In this document: positions 1 to 7,337 of the stretch, piece by piece
Layout: each line of letters begins with the position of its first letter
How positions within the stretch are numbered: the stretch's first letter is position 1
NCBI GenBank assembly: GCA_037441385.1
Contig: JBBISH010000094.1
Span: forward strand, 1-25,683
From: Myxococcales bacterium
Lineage (GTDB): Bacteria; Myxococcota_A; UBA9042
Direction: 5' to 3'
Length of the DNA: 25,683 nt
Position numbers and translations under genes: made by a program
The notes under the pieces: generated by a model
Databases searched by the model: none
What the model was told of the DNA's origin: nothing
The model's input: the letters and a program-made list of their open reading frames with translations, nothing else

Positions 1-906
1 CCGGGCAGGCAAGCGCCGCCGCTGCAGGCGTCGCCCACCGTGCAGGCGCTGCCGTCGCTGCAGCTGGCCGCGTTGGCCAAGTTCACGCAACCCTTGATCG
101 CGTCGCACGAATCGTCGGTGCACGGGTTGTTGTCGTTGCAGTTGGTGGCCGCACCGGGCAGGCAAGCGCCGCCGCTGCAAGCGTCGCCCACCGTGCAGGC
201 GCTGCCGTCGCTGCAGGTCGCGGCGTTGGCCAAGTTCACGCAACCCTTGATCCCGTCGCACGAATCGTCGGTGCACGGGTTGTTGTCGTTGCACTTGAGC
301 GCGGCGCCGGGGACGCACTTGCCGCCGCTGCACGTGTCGCCGCTGGTGCAGGCGTTGCCGTCCGAGCAAGCGACCGTGTTGGCCGCGTTCACGCAACCCT
401 TGCTGGCGTCGCACGAATCGTCGGTGCACAGGTTGCCGTCGGTGCAGTCGAGCTGGGCGCCCGCTTGGCACTGACTGTCCTTGCACACGTCGCCGCTGGT
501 GCACGCCGAGCCGTCGCTACAGGGCGCGCTGTTGGCGGTGTGCAGGCAACCCTTGTCCGCGTAGCAGGAATCGTTGGTGCACGGATTGTTGTCGTCGCAG
601 TTCAGCGCGGTGCCGGCCTGGCAGACGCTGTCTTTGCAGGTGTCGTCGACGCTGCAGGCCGAGCCGTCGCTGCAGGTGGCACTGTTGGCCAGGTTGACGC
701 AACCCGCGCTGGCGTCGCACGAATCGTCGGTGCAGGGGTTGGTGTCGTCGCAAGTGGTGGCGCTGCCCGGCAGGCACGCGCCGTCTTGGCAGGTGTCGCC
801 CAAGGTGCAGGCGCTGCCGTCGCTGCAGGTGGCGGCGTTGGCCAGGTTGACGCATCCCTTGGCGCCGTCACAGGCGTCGCTGGTGCAGGGGTTGCTGTCG
901 TCGCAC
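1..906 (-). repeat. Coding tandem repeat, 153-nt (51-aa, 8-Cys) unit, ~6 copies
   Basis: ccgggcaggcaagcgccgccgctgca occurs at 1 and 154. Unit is approximately CNDNNPCTDDSCDAIKGCVNLANAASCSDGSACTVGDACSGGACLPGAATN. Confidence 0.9.
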
Positions 907-1985
907 AGGCCCGACGCGTCGGTCTGGCCGTCGCAGTCGTTGTCGACGCCGTCGCAGACCTCTGCCGTGGCCGCCTTGGCCAGGCACACGCTCAAACCGC
1001 CGCCGGTGGGCGCGCCCTCGCTGCCGTCGGGTAGGCACGACCGCGAGCCCAGGCACGGCGACGCGTCGGACAGGCAAGTCGTGGTGAGTTTCAAGGCGAT
1101 GGCGCGGCCAGAGCAAGCGCACACGGCGGCGTCGGCGGGGATGCACTGCTTGACGGACTGGCCATCGGCGTCGGTGACTTGGGTGCAAACCAGGCCGGGC
1201 GCGCACGCGTCGCTGGGACCGCAGGCGATGGCGCAGAAACTGCCGTCTTTGCCGGCGGGGATGCACTTGTCGGCGGCGTCGACGCTGCCACAGTCGCTGT
1301 TCTTGGCGCAGGGGTCGCACAGGCTCAAGTCGCGCTCTAGGCAAACGTTTTTACCCGAGTCGCAAGCTTGGTCGTTGGGGCAGCCGCTGCCACAGGGCAG
1401 GCCGCAGGTGCTCGTGCCGTTCTTGCGCAACAGGCAGGCGCCGCTGGCGCACTCGCCGTCCGTCGCGCAGGCGCAGCCCGGCCCACCGGGGCAGTCGCTG
1501 GAAGTGGCTGTGTCGGCGGCGTCGACGCTGTCGTCGGTCTGGGCGTCGGCGTCCAAGGTGTCGTCCGCGGTCGTGTCGTCGGTTTGGCCATCTTCGGCCG
1601 GCGCGTCGCCCACCTGGGCATCGTCGGTCTGCGCGTCCGCGACCTGCACGTCGTCGATATCGGCGTCGGCGCTGGGCAAATCGCCAGTCTGGAGGTCGTC
1701 GATCGACGCGTCGGCCTGAGTATCGGCGCTGTCGCTACTGGAGTCGGGGACAGCGATGTCGCTCGCGTCGGCGGGTTGGATGTCGGTGCGGCTGACGCCG
1801 TCAGCCCCAGTGCCGTCGCTGGCCACCCCGTCGCTGCCGGCGCCATCGCCGATTCCACTGCCGTCGCCCACGGAATCCACAGAGGTTTTGCCGCCCGAAG
1901 AGGTGGCTGGCGTGGTCCCGCAGGCCATGGCGACCAGCGCGACCAAGGCGACCAATGCGAACCGAGACATGGACCGGATTTTCAT
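1..1985 (-). CDS. Large cysteine-rich repeat surface lipoprotein, 3' end outside window
   Basis: Translated by hand; absent from the ORF track because it has no stop in the window. ATG at 1985 with AGGAG RBS. MKIRSMSRFALVALVALVAMA-C lipobox, long Asp/Ala/Ser/Thr linker, Cys-rich region, one EVCDGVDNDCDGQTD (MopE-like metal-binding) motif at 918-962, then ~6 tandem CxDxNPCTxDxC repeats (Dictyostelium CTDC-like). Confidence 0.9.
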   Translation of the reverse strand, partial: MKIRSMSRFALVALVALVAMACGTTPATSSGGKTSVDSVGDGSGIGDGAGSDGVASDGTGADGVSRTDIQPADASDIAVPDSSSDSADTQADASIDDLQTGDLPSADADIDDVQVADAQTDDAQVGDAPAEDGQTDDTTADDTLDADAQTDDSVDAADTATSSDCPGGPGCACATDGECASGACLLRKNGTSTCGLPCGSGCPNDQACDSGKNVCLERDLSLCDPCAKNSDCGSVDAADKCIPAGKDGSFCAIACGPSDACAPGLVCTQVTDADGQSVKQCIPADAAVCACSGRAIALKLTTTCLSDASPCLGSRSCLPDGSEGAPTGGGLSVCLAKAATAEVCDGVDNDCDGQTDASGLCDDSNPCTSDACDGAKGCVNLANAATCSDGSACTLGDTCQDGACLPGSATTCDDTNPCTDDSCDASAGCVNLANSATCSDGSACSVDDTCKDSVCQAGTALNCDDNNPCTNDSCYADKGCLHTANSAPCSDGSACTSGDVCKDSQCQAGAQLDCTDGNLCTDDSCDASKGCVNAANTVACSDGNACTSGDTCSGGKCVPGAALKCNDNNPCTDDSCDGIKGCVNLANAATCSDGSACTVGDACSGGACLPGAATNCNDNNPCTDDSCDAIKGCVNLANAASCSDGSACTVGDACSGGACLP

Positions 1986-2340
1986 GGGGGACTCCTGAGC
2001 GCGGCGGTCGGCGACGACGGCGCGCACCAGTGGTTTAGCAAAATTGCCCAGTCTGCGCGAATGCCCAGCCACGTTTCTGTGACAACCCAAGGCCGCTGCC
2101 TGGACGCGCTGCAGATTTGTGACCATAGCCTGGGTGATTTTCGCCCTATAAACTCTGTGGAGCACACGTCTGCACACGGGCGGCTGCGGCGGGCCAAGCT
2201 GGCAAAACGCCACCTCCACGGCCGCGGTTCGAATCCAGAAGACGGCCAGGGTTTGCGCGTCGAGCGGGCCCGCGGTGGCGAGCCGCGGCGAGCTGCAAAG
2301 TGCCGCGATAGGCCCTGCGTGGTGCGGTTTTGCCGCATTC

Positions 2341-2357
2341 CGCGAAATAATTTCGCG
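2341..2357. promoter_or_regulatory. Perfect palindrome, candidate transcription-factor operator
   Basis: CGCGAAAT-A-ATTTCGCG, AT-rich core, in the divergent intergenic region 1986-2537. Confidence 0.35.
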
Positions 2358-2476
2358 CAATCCACGTTTTTTGGCGCGGCGCACCTGGCAAGCTAGCCCG
2401 CTGGTTGACTGTTTTGCCTGTGGCTGAACTGCAACTGCAAAAAACGATCTCGCGGCGCCTGCCAAAGGGGCACGGG

Positions 2477-2505
2477 TTGACCCGGCCCGCCGCGCTCCCT
2501 ATGGT
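2477..2505 (+). promoter_or_regulatory. Putative sigma70-type promoter for the thioesterase gene
   Basis: TTGACC-17 nt-TATGGT, 32 nt upstream of ATG 2538. Confidence 0.5.
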
Positions 2506-2537
2506 AGGGGTGCGCCGCCAAGAGCGCCCGGTGCCGC

Positions 2538-3392
2538 ATGAGCCATCCCCACCGCCAACCTGCCCACCCGGCCCACGGGCCACTTCCCGACCCGCGGGCG
2601 CCGTTCGACGAGTTGAGTCGAATTGAGCCCACCGGCCCCGACCGATTTTCCGCCCTGGTGCCAGACGGGTGGCAGCAGGGCCGCGGGGCCTTTGGCGGGC
2701 TGGTGGTGGCGTATCTGGTGCGCGCGGTCGAGGCCGCCAACCCAGGGCCGGGCCAGCGCTTGCGGAGCTTGACGGCGGAATTGTGCGGTCCCACCCAGCC
2801 GGGGCCCGTTGAGCTGCACACCGAAGTGCTGCGCCAGGGCTCGGGGACCGCAGTGGTGGCGGTGCGGCTGCGGCAAGACGGGGCAGTGCAGGCCCACGCG
2901 ACCGCGGTGTTCGGCCGGGACCGGGCGAGCGACTGCGACGTCTGCGAGCTGAAGCCGCCCGCGCAACCCGGCTGGCGCGACCTGGCCAAGGCGCCGGTTG
3001 GGCCGCCGCACGGGCCGGAGTTCACCCGGTTTTTCGAGTTCCGCACCCACAACCCCCTGCCGTTTTCGGGCAAGTCCGCCACGGCCAGCACGGGCTGGAT
3101 CGCTCCCGCCCATCCGGGGTTGGTCATCGATTGCGCCTACGTAGCGGGCTGTGCCGACGCGTGGTGGCCCACGCTCTTTACCGGCGCGGTGGCGCCGCGG
3201 CCGATGGCGACCATCGCCTATACCATCCAATTCCTGCTGGATCCCGCCGCGCTGCCGCCAGGGCCACCCCTGCAGTTTGCCGCCCAAAGCATCGCCGTGG
3301 CGCAGGGACACGCGGTGGAATTCCGCGAATTGTGGAGCGAAGATGGCCGGCTGGTGGCGCTGAACCAACAGACCATCGCGGTGATTCGCTAG
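2538..3392 (+). CDS. Acyl-CoA thioesterase family protein (double hotdog, TesB/4HBT-like)
   Basis: VPDGWQQGRGAFGGLVVA N-terminal motif, EVLRQGS, ADAWWP, ATIAYTIQF and C-terminal ELWSEDGRLVALNQQ typical of the family. Confidence 0.88.
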   Translation: MSHPHRQPAHPAHGPLPDPRAPFDELSRIEPTGPDRFSALVPDGWQQGRGAFGGLVVAYLVRAVEAANPGPGQRLRSLTAELCGPTQPGPVELHTEVLRQGSGTAVVAVRLRQDGAVQAHATAVFGRDRASDCDVCELKPPAQPGWRDLAKAPVGPPHGPEFTRFFEFRTHNPLPFSGKSATASTGWIAPAHPGLVIDCAYVAGCADAWWPTLFTGAVAPRPMATIAYTIQFLLDPAALPPGPPLQFAAQSIAVAQGHAVEFRELWSEDGRLVALNQQTIAVIR

Positions 3393-3462
3393 CATGCTTT
3401 GACGGTTGCATCCGCAGCGCTACCGTTGGCCGTCCGGCGGGAGCGCGGCCCCAAGGAGCGCC

Positions 3463-4107
3463 ATGTACTGCCTCAACTGCGGCGCGGAAGTGCCCGACCG
3501 GCGCCATTGCCCCCAATGCGGCACCGACTTTCCCGTCGAACTGGCCGGCAACCTGGACCTGCGCCGAGCTCGGTCCGCGCCGGTCTTGACCGCCGTGCTT
3601 GGCCCCGCGCCACGCCAGCCGCCGTCGCTGCTGATGACCGACAGTGCCCCGAACACCTTGGTACTGCTCTTGTTTGGCGCGATCTTTGGTCTTGTCGGCA
3701 CCGTACTGGGCGTGGTCTTTACCCTGATCGGCGCGGTGGGCGGCCAGACGGTCTTCTTGGCGGTGGGCCTGGGCGCGCTCGGCCTTTTTGCGGGCGTGGG
3801 CTGGACCGTGTTTGGCTTTGGCGTGCGCAACGTGCTGCGGACGCGGCGCATTTGGCGCGACGGCGAGCAGGTCACCGGCGAACTGGTCCAGGCGACCATC
3901 GACCGCAGCGTGCGGGTCAACGGCCGGCGCCCGGTGCTGGTCGAGTTCCGCTACCGCACCTACAGCGGCGAATTCACCGGCCGGGGCCACACCTGGAACC
4001 ACGACCTTGGCGGGGTGCCGCCCGGCCCGGCCCTGACCGTGCTGGTCGACCCCAATGACCCGGCCCAGGCCATCTGGGTGCCGCCTAGCCAGCCCGGCCA
4101 GCGCTAG
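3463..4107 (+). CDS. Zinc-ribbon + two-TM + DUF3592-like membrane protein
   Basis: ATG 3463 with AAGGAG RBS. CxxC..CxxC (CLNCG...CPQCG), two hydrophobic helices, and the DUF3592-like pattern 'G..VTGELV...VRVNGRRP..VEFRY...VLVDPNDPAQA'. Confidence 0.8.
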   Translation: MYCLNCGAEVPDRRHCPQCGTDFPVELAGNLDLRRARSAPVLTAVLGPAPRQPPSLLMTDSAPNTLVLLLFGAIFGLVGTVLGVVFTLIGAVGGQTVFLAVGLGALGLFAGVGWTVFGFGVRNVLRTRRIWRDGEQVTGELVQATIDRSVRVNGRRPVLVEFRYRTYSGEFTGRGHTWNHDLGGVPPGPALTVLVDPNDPAQAIWVPPSQPGQR

Positions 4108-4160
4108 TACTACAAACCCGAAGTTCGTTCAGGGATGGGCCTCTCGAATGGTTTGTAGTC
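4108..4160. mobile_element. 53-bp miniature inverted-repeat element flanked by CTAG
   Basis: CTAG(4104-4107)-T-ACTACAAACC ... GGTTTGTAGT-C-CTAG(4161-4164): 10-bp perfect inverted repeat between two CTAGs. Confidence 0.5.
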
Positions 4161-4314
4161 CTAGCCCTTTCAGCAAGTGGAGGGGGCGCGCCGCGCACTC
4201 TGGGACCCCCGCCCCCTGCGACCCCCGCGTACGGCTTGCGCCGCCCAGTACCCCGATGGTTCGCTTCGACCCGGTTTTGCCTAATGGGCCATGCCCGGAA
4301 CAGCAAGCGTCCGA

Positions 4315-4340
4315 GTAGGGGCGGGCTTCCACGCCCGCCC
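4315..4340 (+). repeat. GTAG-family REP-like palindrome
   Basis: GTAG-GGGCGGGC-TTCCAC-GCCCGCCC: GTAG tetranucleotide followed by a perfect 8-bp stem, the architecture of RAYT-associated REPs. Confidence 0.6.
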
Positions 4341-4400
4341 GGTTCGGTGAGCAACGGCAGGTCGCTTCGAACCCTGCACGCACGTCGCGAGTGCGGTGCG

Positions 4401-4490
4401 GGTTCAGGTTCAGGTTCAGGTTCAGAATCAGGATCAGGTTCAGAATCAGGATCAGGTTCAGGTTCAGGTTCAGGTTCAGGTTCAGGTTCA
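4401..4490. repeat. Hexanucleotide microsatellite (GGTTCA)15 with GAATCA/GGATCA variant units
   Basis: 15 consecutive 6-mers: 11 GGTTCA, 2 GAATCA, 2 GGATCA. Confidence 0.97.
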
Positions 4491-4818
4491 GGTCCCCACT
4501 TGGCCGAGTCCGCTGGACTCGCCCATCCCTTCGGGCACTTGGGGGCCCCTGGTCCGGGTTCACGTCGCCGCTGGCAGGACCGCGACGTGCCGGCCAGTTG
4601 GGCCACCGCGACGCCGACGACCGCAACCCCAAAAAGAACTTGAGATTTGGCGTACTAGAGCACCGACCAGAAACCCGGACCTGCGGTCAAACGTCGCGGC
4701 GGGTCGCGGCTGTGCCTGGTTCTTTGGGCCCGCATGCGACCCGCTGAGCATCAACGAGTTTTCGTCAGCGAGTGGTCGCGTTGCTCTGGACCTCGGAGAT
4801 TTGTGATTGGTGTTCTAG

Positions 4819-5017
4819 GAGCCTGTCGGCAAAATGGGCGACGCGACATGTCCATTTAGTTATACATTGTGATCTGATTGGGTGCCGCCAGTCTCCTAGC
4901 CTTTTTCGTTTGTCCAACTGGCCGAAAATCGCCCGAAGTGAATTCGTGCGATTTCAGCCAGTTGCCGCCGCGCAAGACGCGGCGCTAGGATTGTGCCGGG
5001 ATTATCCCGACACGCTC
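4819..5017. mobile_element. 199-bp MITE with 17-bp imperfect terminal inverted repeats and CTAG flanks
   Basis: Left end GAGCCTGTCGGCAAAAT versus reverse-complemented right end GAGCGTGTCGGGATAAT (14/17). CTAG at 4815-4818 and 5018-5021. Lower-GC, non-coding interior. Confidence 0.65.
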
Positions 5018-5129
5018 CTAGCCTAGCCGATCCGGCGCACGCACTCGCGCACAGAATTCTCGGCTTTTTCTAGGTCTATTCAACGACATGACACAAGGGT
5101 GCATCGTGTCATCGTGTCCGATGGCTGGG

Positions 5130-5591
5130 TCACGGGACGCCCAGCACCAAGGCGTCCAGGACGCGCCGCAGCTCGTGCGGTGGCAACGTGCCCACTACCG
5201 CTACGCCGCGCCCCTGGACGCGCCGCGACAGCGCGTGCCAGCCCACAGGACAGGCGCCATCGGCCACGCAGGCGCGCGCGGGCAGGTCCGGCGGAGGATC
5301 GCCCGAACCAATCCAGAGTTGCGGCCCCTCGGCCCGGCCCAGCTCCATCCACCAAGCCTGGGCCGGCGCCTGCCGGAATTGGACCTGCCGCGGCGGCCAA
5401 CCCAGCTGTTCGGGCAGATAGGCCGGGGTGGCCAAGGGCCCCAATTCGGGCGGTACGTCGGCCAGTTGCTGCGTGCGCTGCCAACCGCGCACCAGGTCCG
5501 GGCCCAGCAGCCAGCGATCCATGCCCCAAAGCCAGCCGAAAAGCACCACGGACCAGAGCGCCGCCTGGGCCCAGCGCAGCGCCGGCGCCAT
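5130..5591 (-). CDS. Hypothetical membrane-anchored protein, coupled to the upstream peptidase
   Basis: ATG at 5591 overlaps the upstream TGA (TGATG). N-terminal TM segment ALWSVVLFGWLWGM, then a soluble domain with PAYLPEQLGWPP and a Cys pair. Confidence 0.7.
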   Translation of the reverse strand: MAPALRWAQAALWSVVLFGWLWGMDRWLLGPDLVRGWQRTQQLADVPPELGPLATPAYLPEQLGWPPRQVQFRQAPAQAWWMELGRAEGPQLWIGSGDPPPDLPARACVADGACPVGWHALSRRVQGRGVAVVGTLPPHELRRVLDALVLGVP

Positions 5592-6568
5592 CAGCCCACG
5601 CTCCACAGGATCACCGCCAGCAGGCCCACCGCGCTCGCCGTCACCGCCGGGCGCGGCACCTCTTGCGCAGGCGCCCGCAACAGCCGCTGCACCCGCCCCC
5701 GCACCGAGGCCAATTCCGCGCGACGCAACACCTCGGCCTGGGCGCGGGCCATCGGACCGGCACCCTGCAGCGCCTCAGCCTGACCGTGGGCCTTGAGCAG
5801 CGCCGAGGCCAAGGCGGCCGGGTGCCCGGTGACCCGCGCTGCCAGATCGTCGCAGGCCAGCTCCTCCGCCTCGACCAGGGCCCGAAACAGGATGAGCGCC
5901 GCGGGGTTCAGCGCCTGCGTGCTCCGCAGCAGCCACACCCCCAGCAGCCGCAAGTTGCCGCCCCGCGCCCAGTGCGCCAGCTCGTGGGCCACCGTGGCCA
6001 GCCGCTCGTCGCGGTCCAGCAAGGCCAGAAGCCCGCGCGAAGCCAGCACTTGTGGCTGCACGATGCCGTGGAGCCCCGCCACCGGCACGTCGCGCGGCAA
6101 CTGCAGCGCTTGCGGCGGGCGGCCCCGCAGCGGCGCCAAGTTGCGATCCCGCAACCACTGCAGCACTTGGCGCGTATCGCGGTCCAAATCCTGGTCGGGC
6201 ATGGCATCCCCCGGCCGCGCGCCCAGCCACGCACCCAGCGCCGGTCGCAGCTCTTGCACCGCGAACAACAGCGCGGTCCCCAGCAGCAGCGCCGCCAGCG
6301 CCGCGACCACCAGCGGACCAGCGTCCAGGGCAGCCTGGGTCCAGTGCCCCACCCGCAACGTCCGCATGGGCAGCGGCGCCTGGGGCAAGCCAAGCGCCCG
6401 CAGACCCAGCAAAAGCGGCGGCAGCGCCAGCCCCACGCGCAGCAGATCGGCCCACAAAGTCGGCGCCAGCGGCCCGGCAAAGCGGCGCAGCCCCAGCAGC
6501 CACAGGAGCGCAATCCCGCTATGAAGCAGGTTGGTCATCAGCAGGTTGGCCCACTCGGCGTGCGACAT
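5591..6568 (-). CDS. BlaR1/M56 (M48-like) membrane zinc metallopeptidase
   Basis: Start MSHAEWANLL at 6568. N-terminal TM helices, GLHGIVQPQVLASRGLL, ATVAHELAHW (HExxH), NP, EELACDDLAARVTGHPAALASALLK. Confidence 0.85.
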   Translation of the reverse strand: MSHAEWANLLMTNLLHSGIALLWLLGLRRFAGPLAPTLWADLLRVGLALPPLLLGLRALGLPQAPLPMRTLRVGHWTQAALDAGPLVVAALAALLLGTALLFAVQELRPALGAWLGARPGDAMPDQDLDRDTRQVLQWLRDRNLAPLRGRPPQALQLPRDVPVAGLHGIVQPQVLASRGLLALLDRDERLATVAHELAHWARGGNLRLLGVWLLRSTQALNPAALILFRALVEAEELACDDLAARVTGHPAALASALLKAHGQAEALQGAGPMARAQAEVLRRAELASVRGRVQRLLRAPAQEVPRPAVTASAVGLLAVILWSVG

Positions 6569-6602
6569 CGGCACCCCCGGCTGCGGCGCGCCGGTCCGTT
6601 TG

Positions 6603-6631
6603 GGTATAGGCCGCAAAGGGGTTGATGTAAA
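6603..6631 (-). promoter_or_regulatory. Putative sigma70-type promoter for the M56 peptidase operon
   Basis: Minus strand TTTACA-17 nt-TATACC, ~35 nt upstream of ATG 6568. Confidence 0.4.
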
Positions 6632-6721
6632 GCAACACGCGCCGCGCCTGCCATGCCCTGACGTTTTGCGCGGCGGCGGCCTATGCTTGCAGAGGGCCAC
6701 AGGCGGCCCGGCGGTGACACC

Positions 6722-7336
6722 GTGGATGCAGCGGGAGCGCAAGGGACCAGCCTCAGCCTGACGCAGGGTCCGGTGGGCGCAGGCGTGGACGCCGACCAAG
6801 AAGCGCGCCTGGTGCGGTCCGCCCTGGCCGGCGACGGCAAGGCCTTTGCCCAGTTGGTGCGCCCGCATCTGGACCGCGCCTTCCGCCTGGCCTTTCGCCA
6901 CACCGGCGACCGCGGCCTGGCCGAAGACGCCGTGCAAGAGGCCCTGGTCACGTTGCACCGCGACCTGCGGCAGTATCAGCCCGGAACGTCGCTCAAGGCC
7001 TACTTCTTTGCCATTGCCCTGCGCACCGCCCAGACCCGGCAGCGCGGCGAGTGGCGGCGGGTGCGGCGCCAAGATGCGAGCGAGCCACCCCAAGAACTTC
7101 GCGATCCTGAACGCGAACTGCAAGCGCGCGAACTGGCCGACCGGCTGCAATGGGCGCTGACGCAGCTACCCGAACGGCGCCGCCAGGCCGCGGTGCTCCG
7201 CTTTGACGCGGGGCTGGCCCACGCCGAGATCGCTGCCGCCTTGGGCACCACCGAAGCCGCGGCGCGGCAGCTGCTGTTCGAAGCGACCAAGACTTTGCGC
7301 GTGCTGCTGGGACCTGACGCCGCGATGGGGGGTTGA
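6722..7336 (+). CDS. ECF RNA polymerase sigma factor (sigma-70 family)
   Basis: Region 2 GDGKAFAQLV...AEDAVQEAL and region 4 ALTQLPERRRQAAVLR...GLAHAEIAAALG. Start uncertain (6683, 6722 or 6785). Confidence 0.92.
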   Translation: MDAAGAQGTSLSLTQGPVGAGVDADQEARLVRSALAGDGKAFAQLVRPHLDRAFRLAFRHTGDRGLAEDAVQEALVTLHRDLRQYQPGTSLKAYFFAIALRTAQTRQRGEWRRVRRQDASEPPQELRDPERELQARELADRLQWALTQLPERRRQAAVLRFDAGLAHAEIAAALGTTEAAARQLLFEATKTLRVLLGPDAAMGG

Positions 7337-7337
7337 G

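Noticed and set aside
40..1719. Long + strand ORFs (40-474, 465-1034, 574-1719)
   Set aside because: Antisense shadows of the minus-strand Cys-rich lipoprotein; SQ/VQ/LQ patterns are the reverse complement of Cys/Asp codons.
2226..2237. GGTTCGAATCC tRNA T-loop-like motif
   Set aside because: No full T-stem, acceptor stem or cloverleaf can be built around it.
4401..4490. Possible CRISPR array
   Set aside because: Contiguous 6-bp units with no spacers, and no cas genes in the window.
4085..4806. ORFs with PE, NL, GS, RF or VQ repeats across the microsatellite
   Set aside because: All frames are open only because of the stop-free hexamer; the flanks have no protein-like composition or clear RBS.
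5088..5118. ATGACAC/GTGTCAT inverted repeat with an ATCGTGTC direct repeat
   Set aside because: Only a 7-bp stem with an 11-nt loop and no adjacent U-tract; not enough to call a terminator or operator.
6569..7150. N-terminal extension of the 519-aa M56 ORF
   Set aside because: Overlaps the ECF sigma gene on the opposite strand; the real start is most likely ATG 6568.
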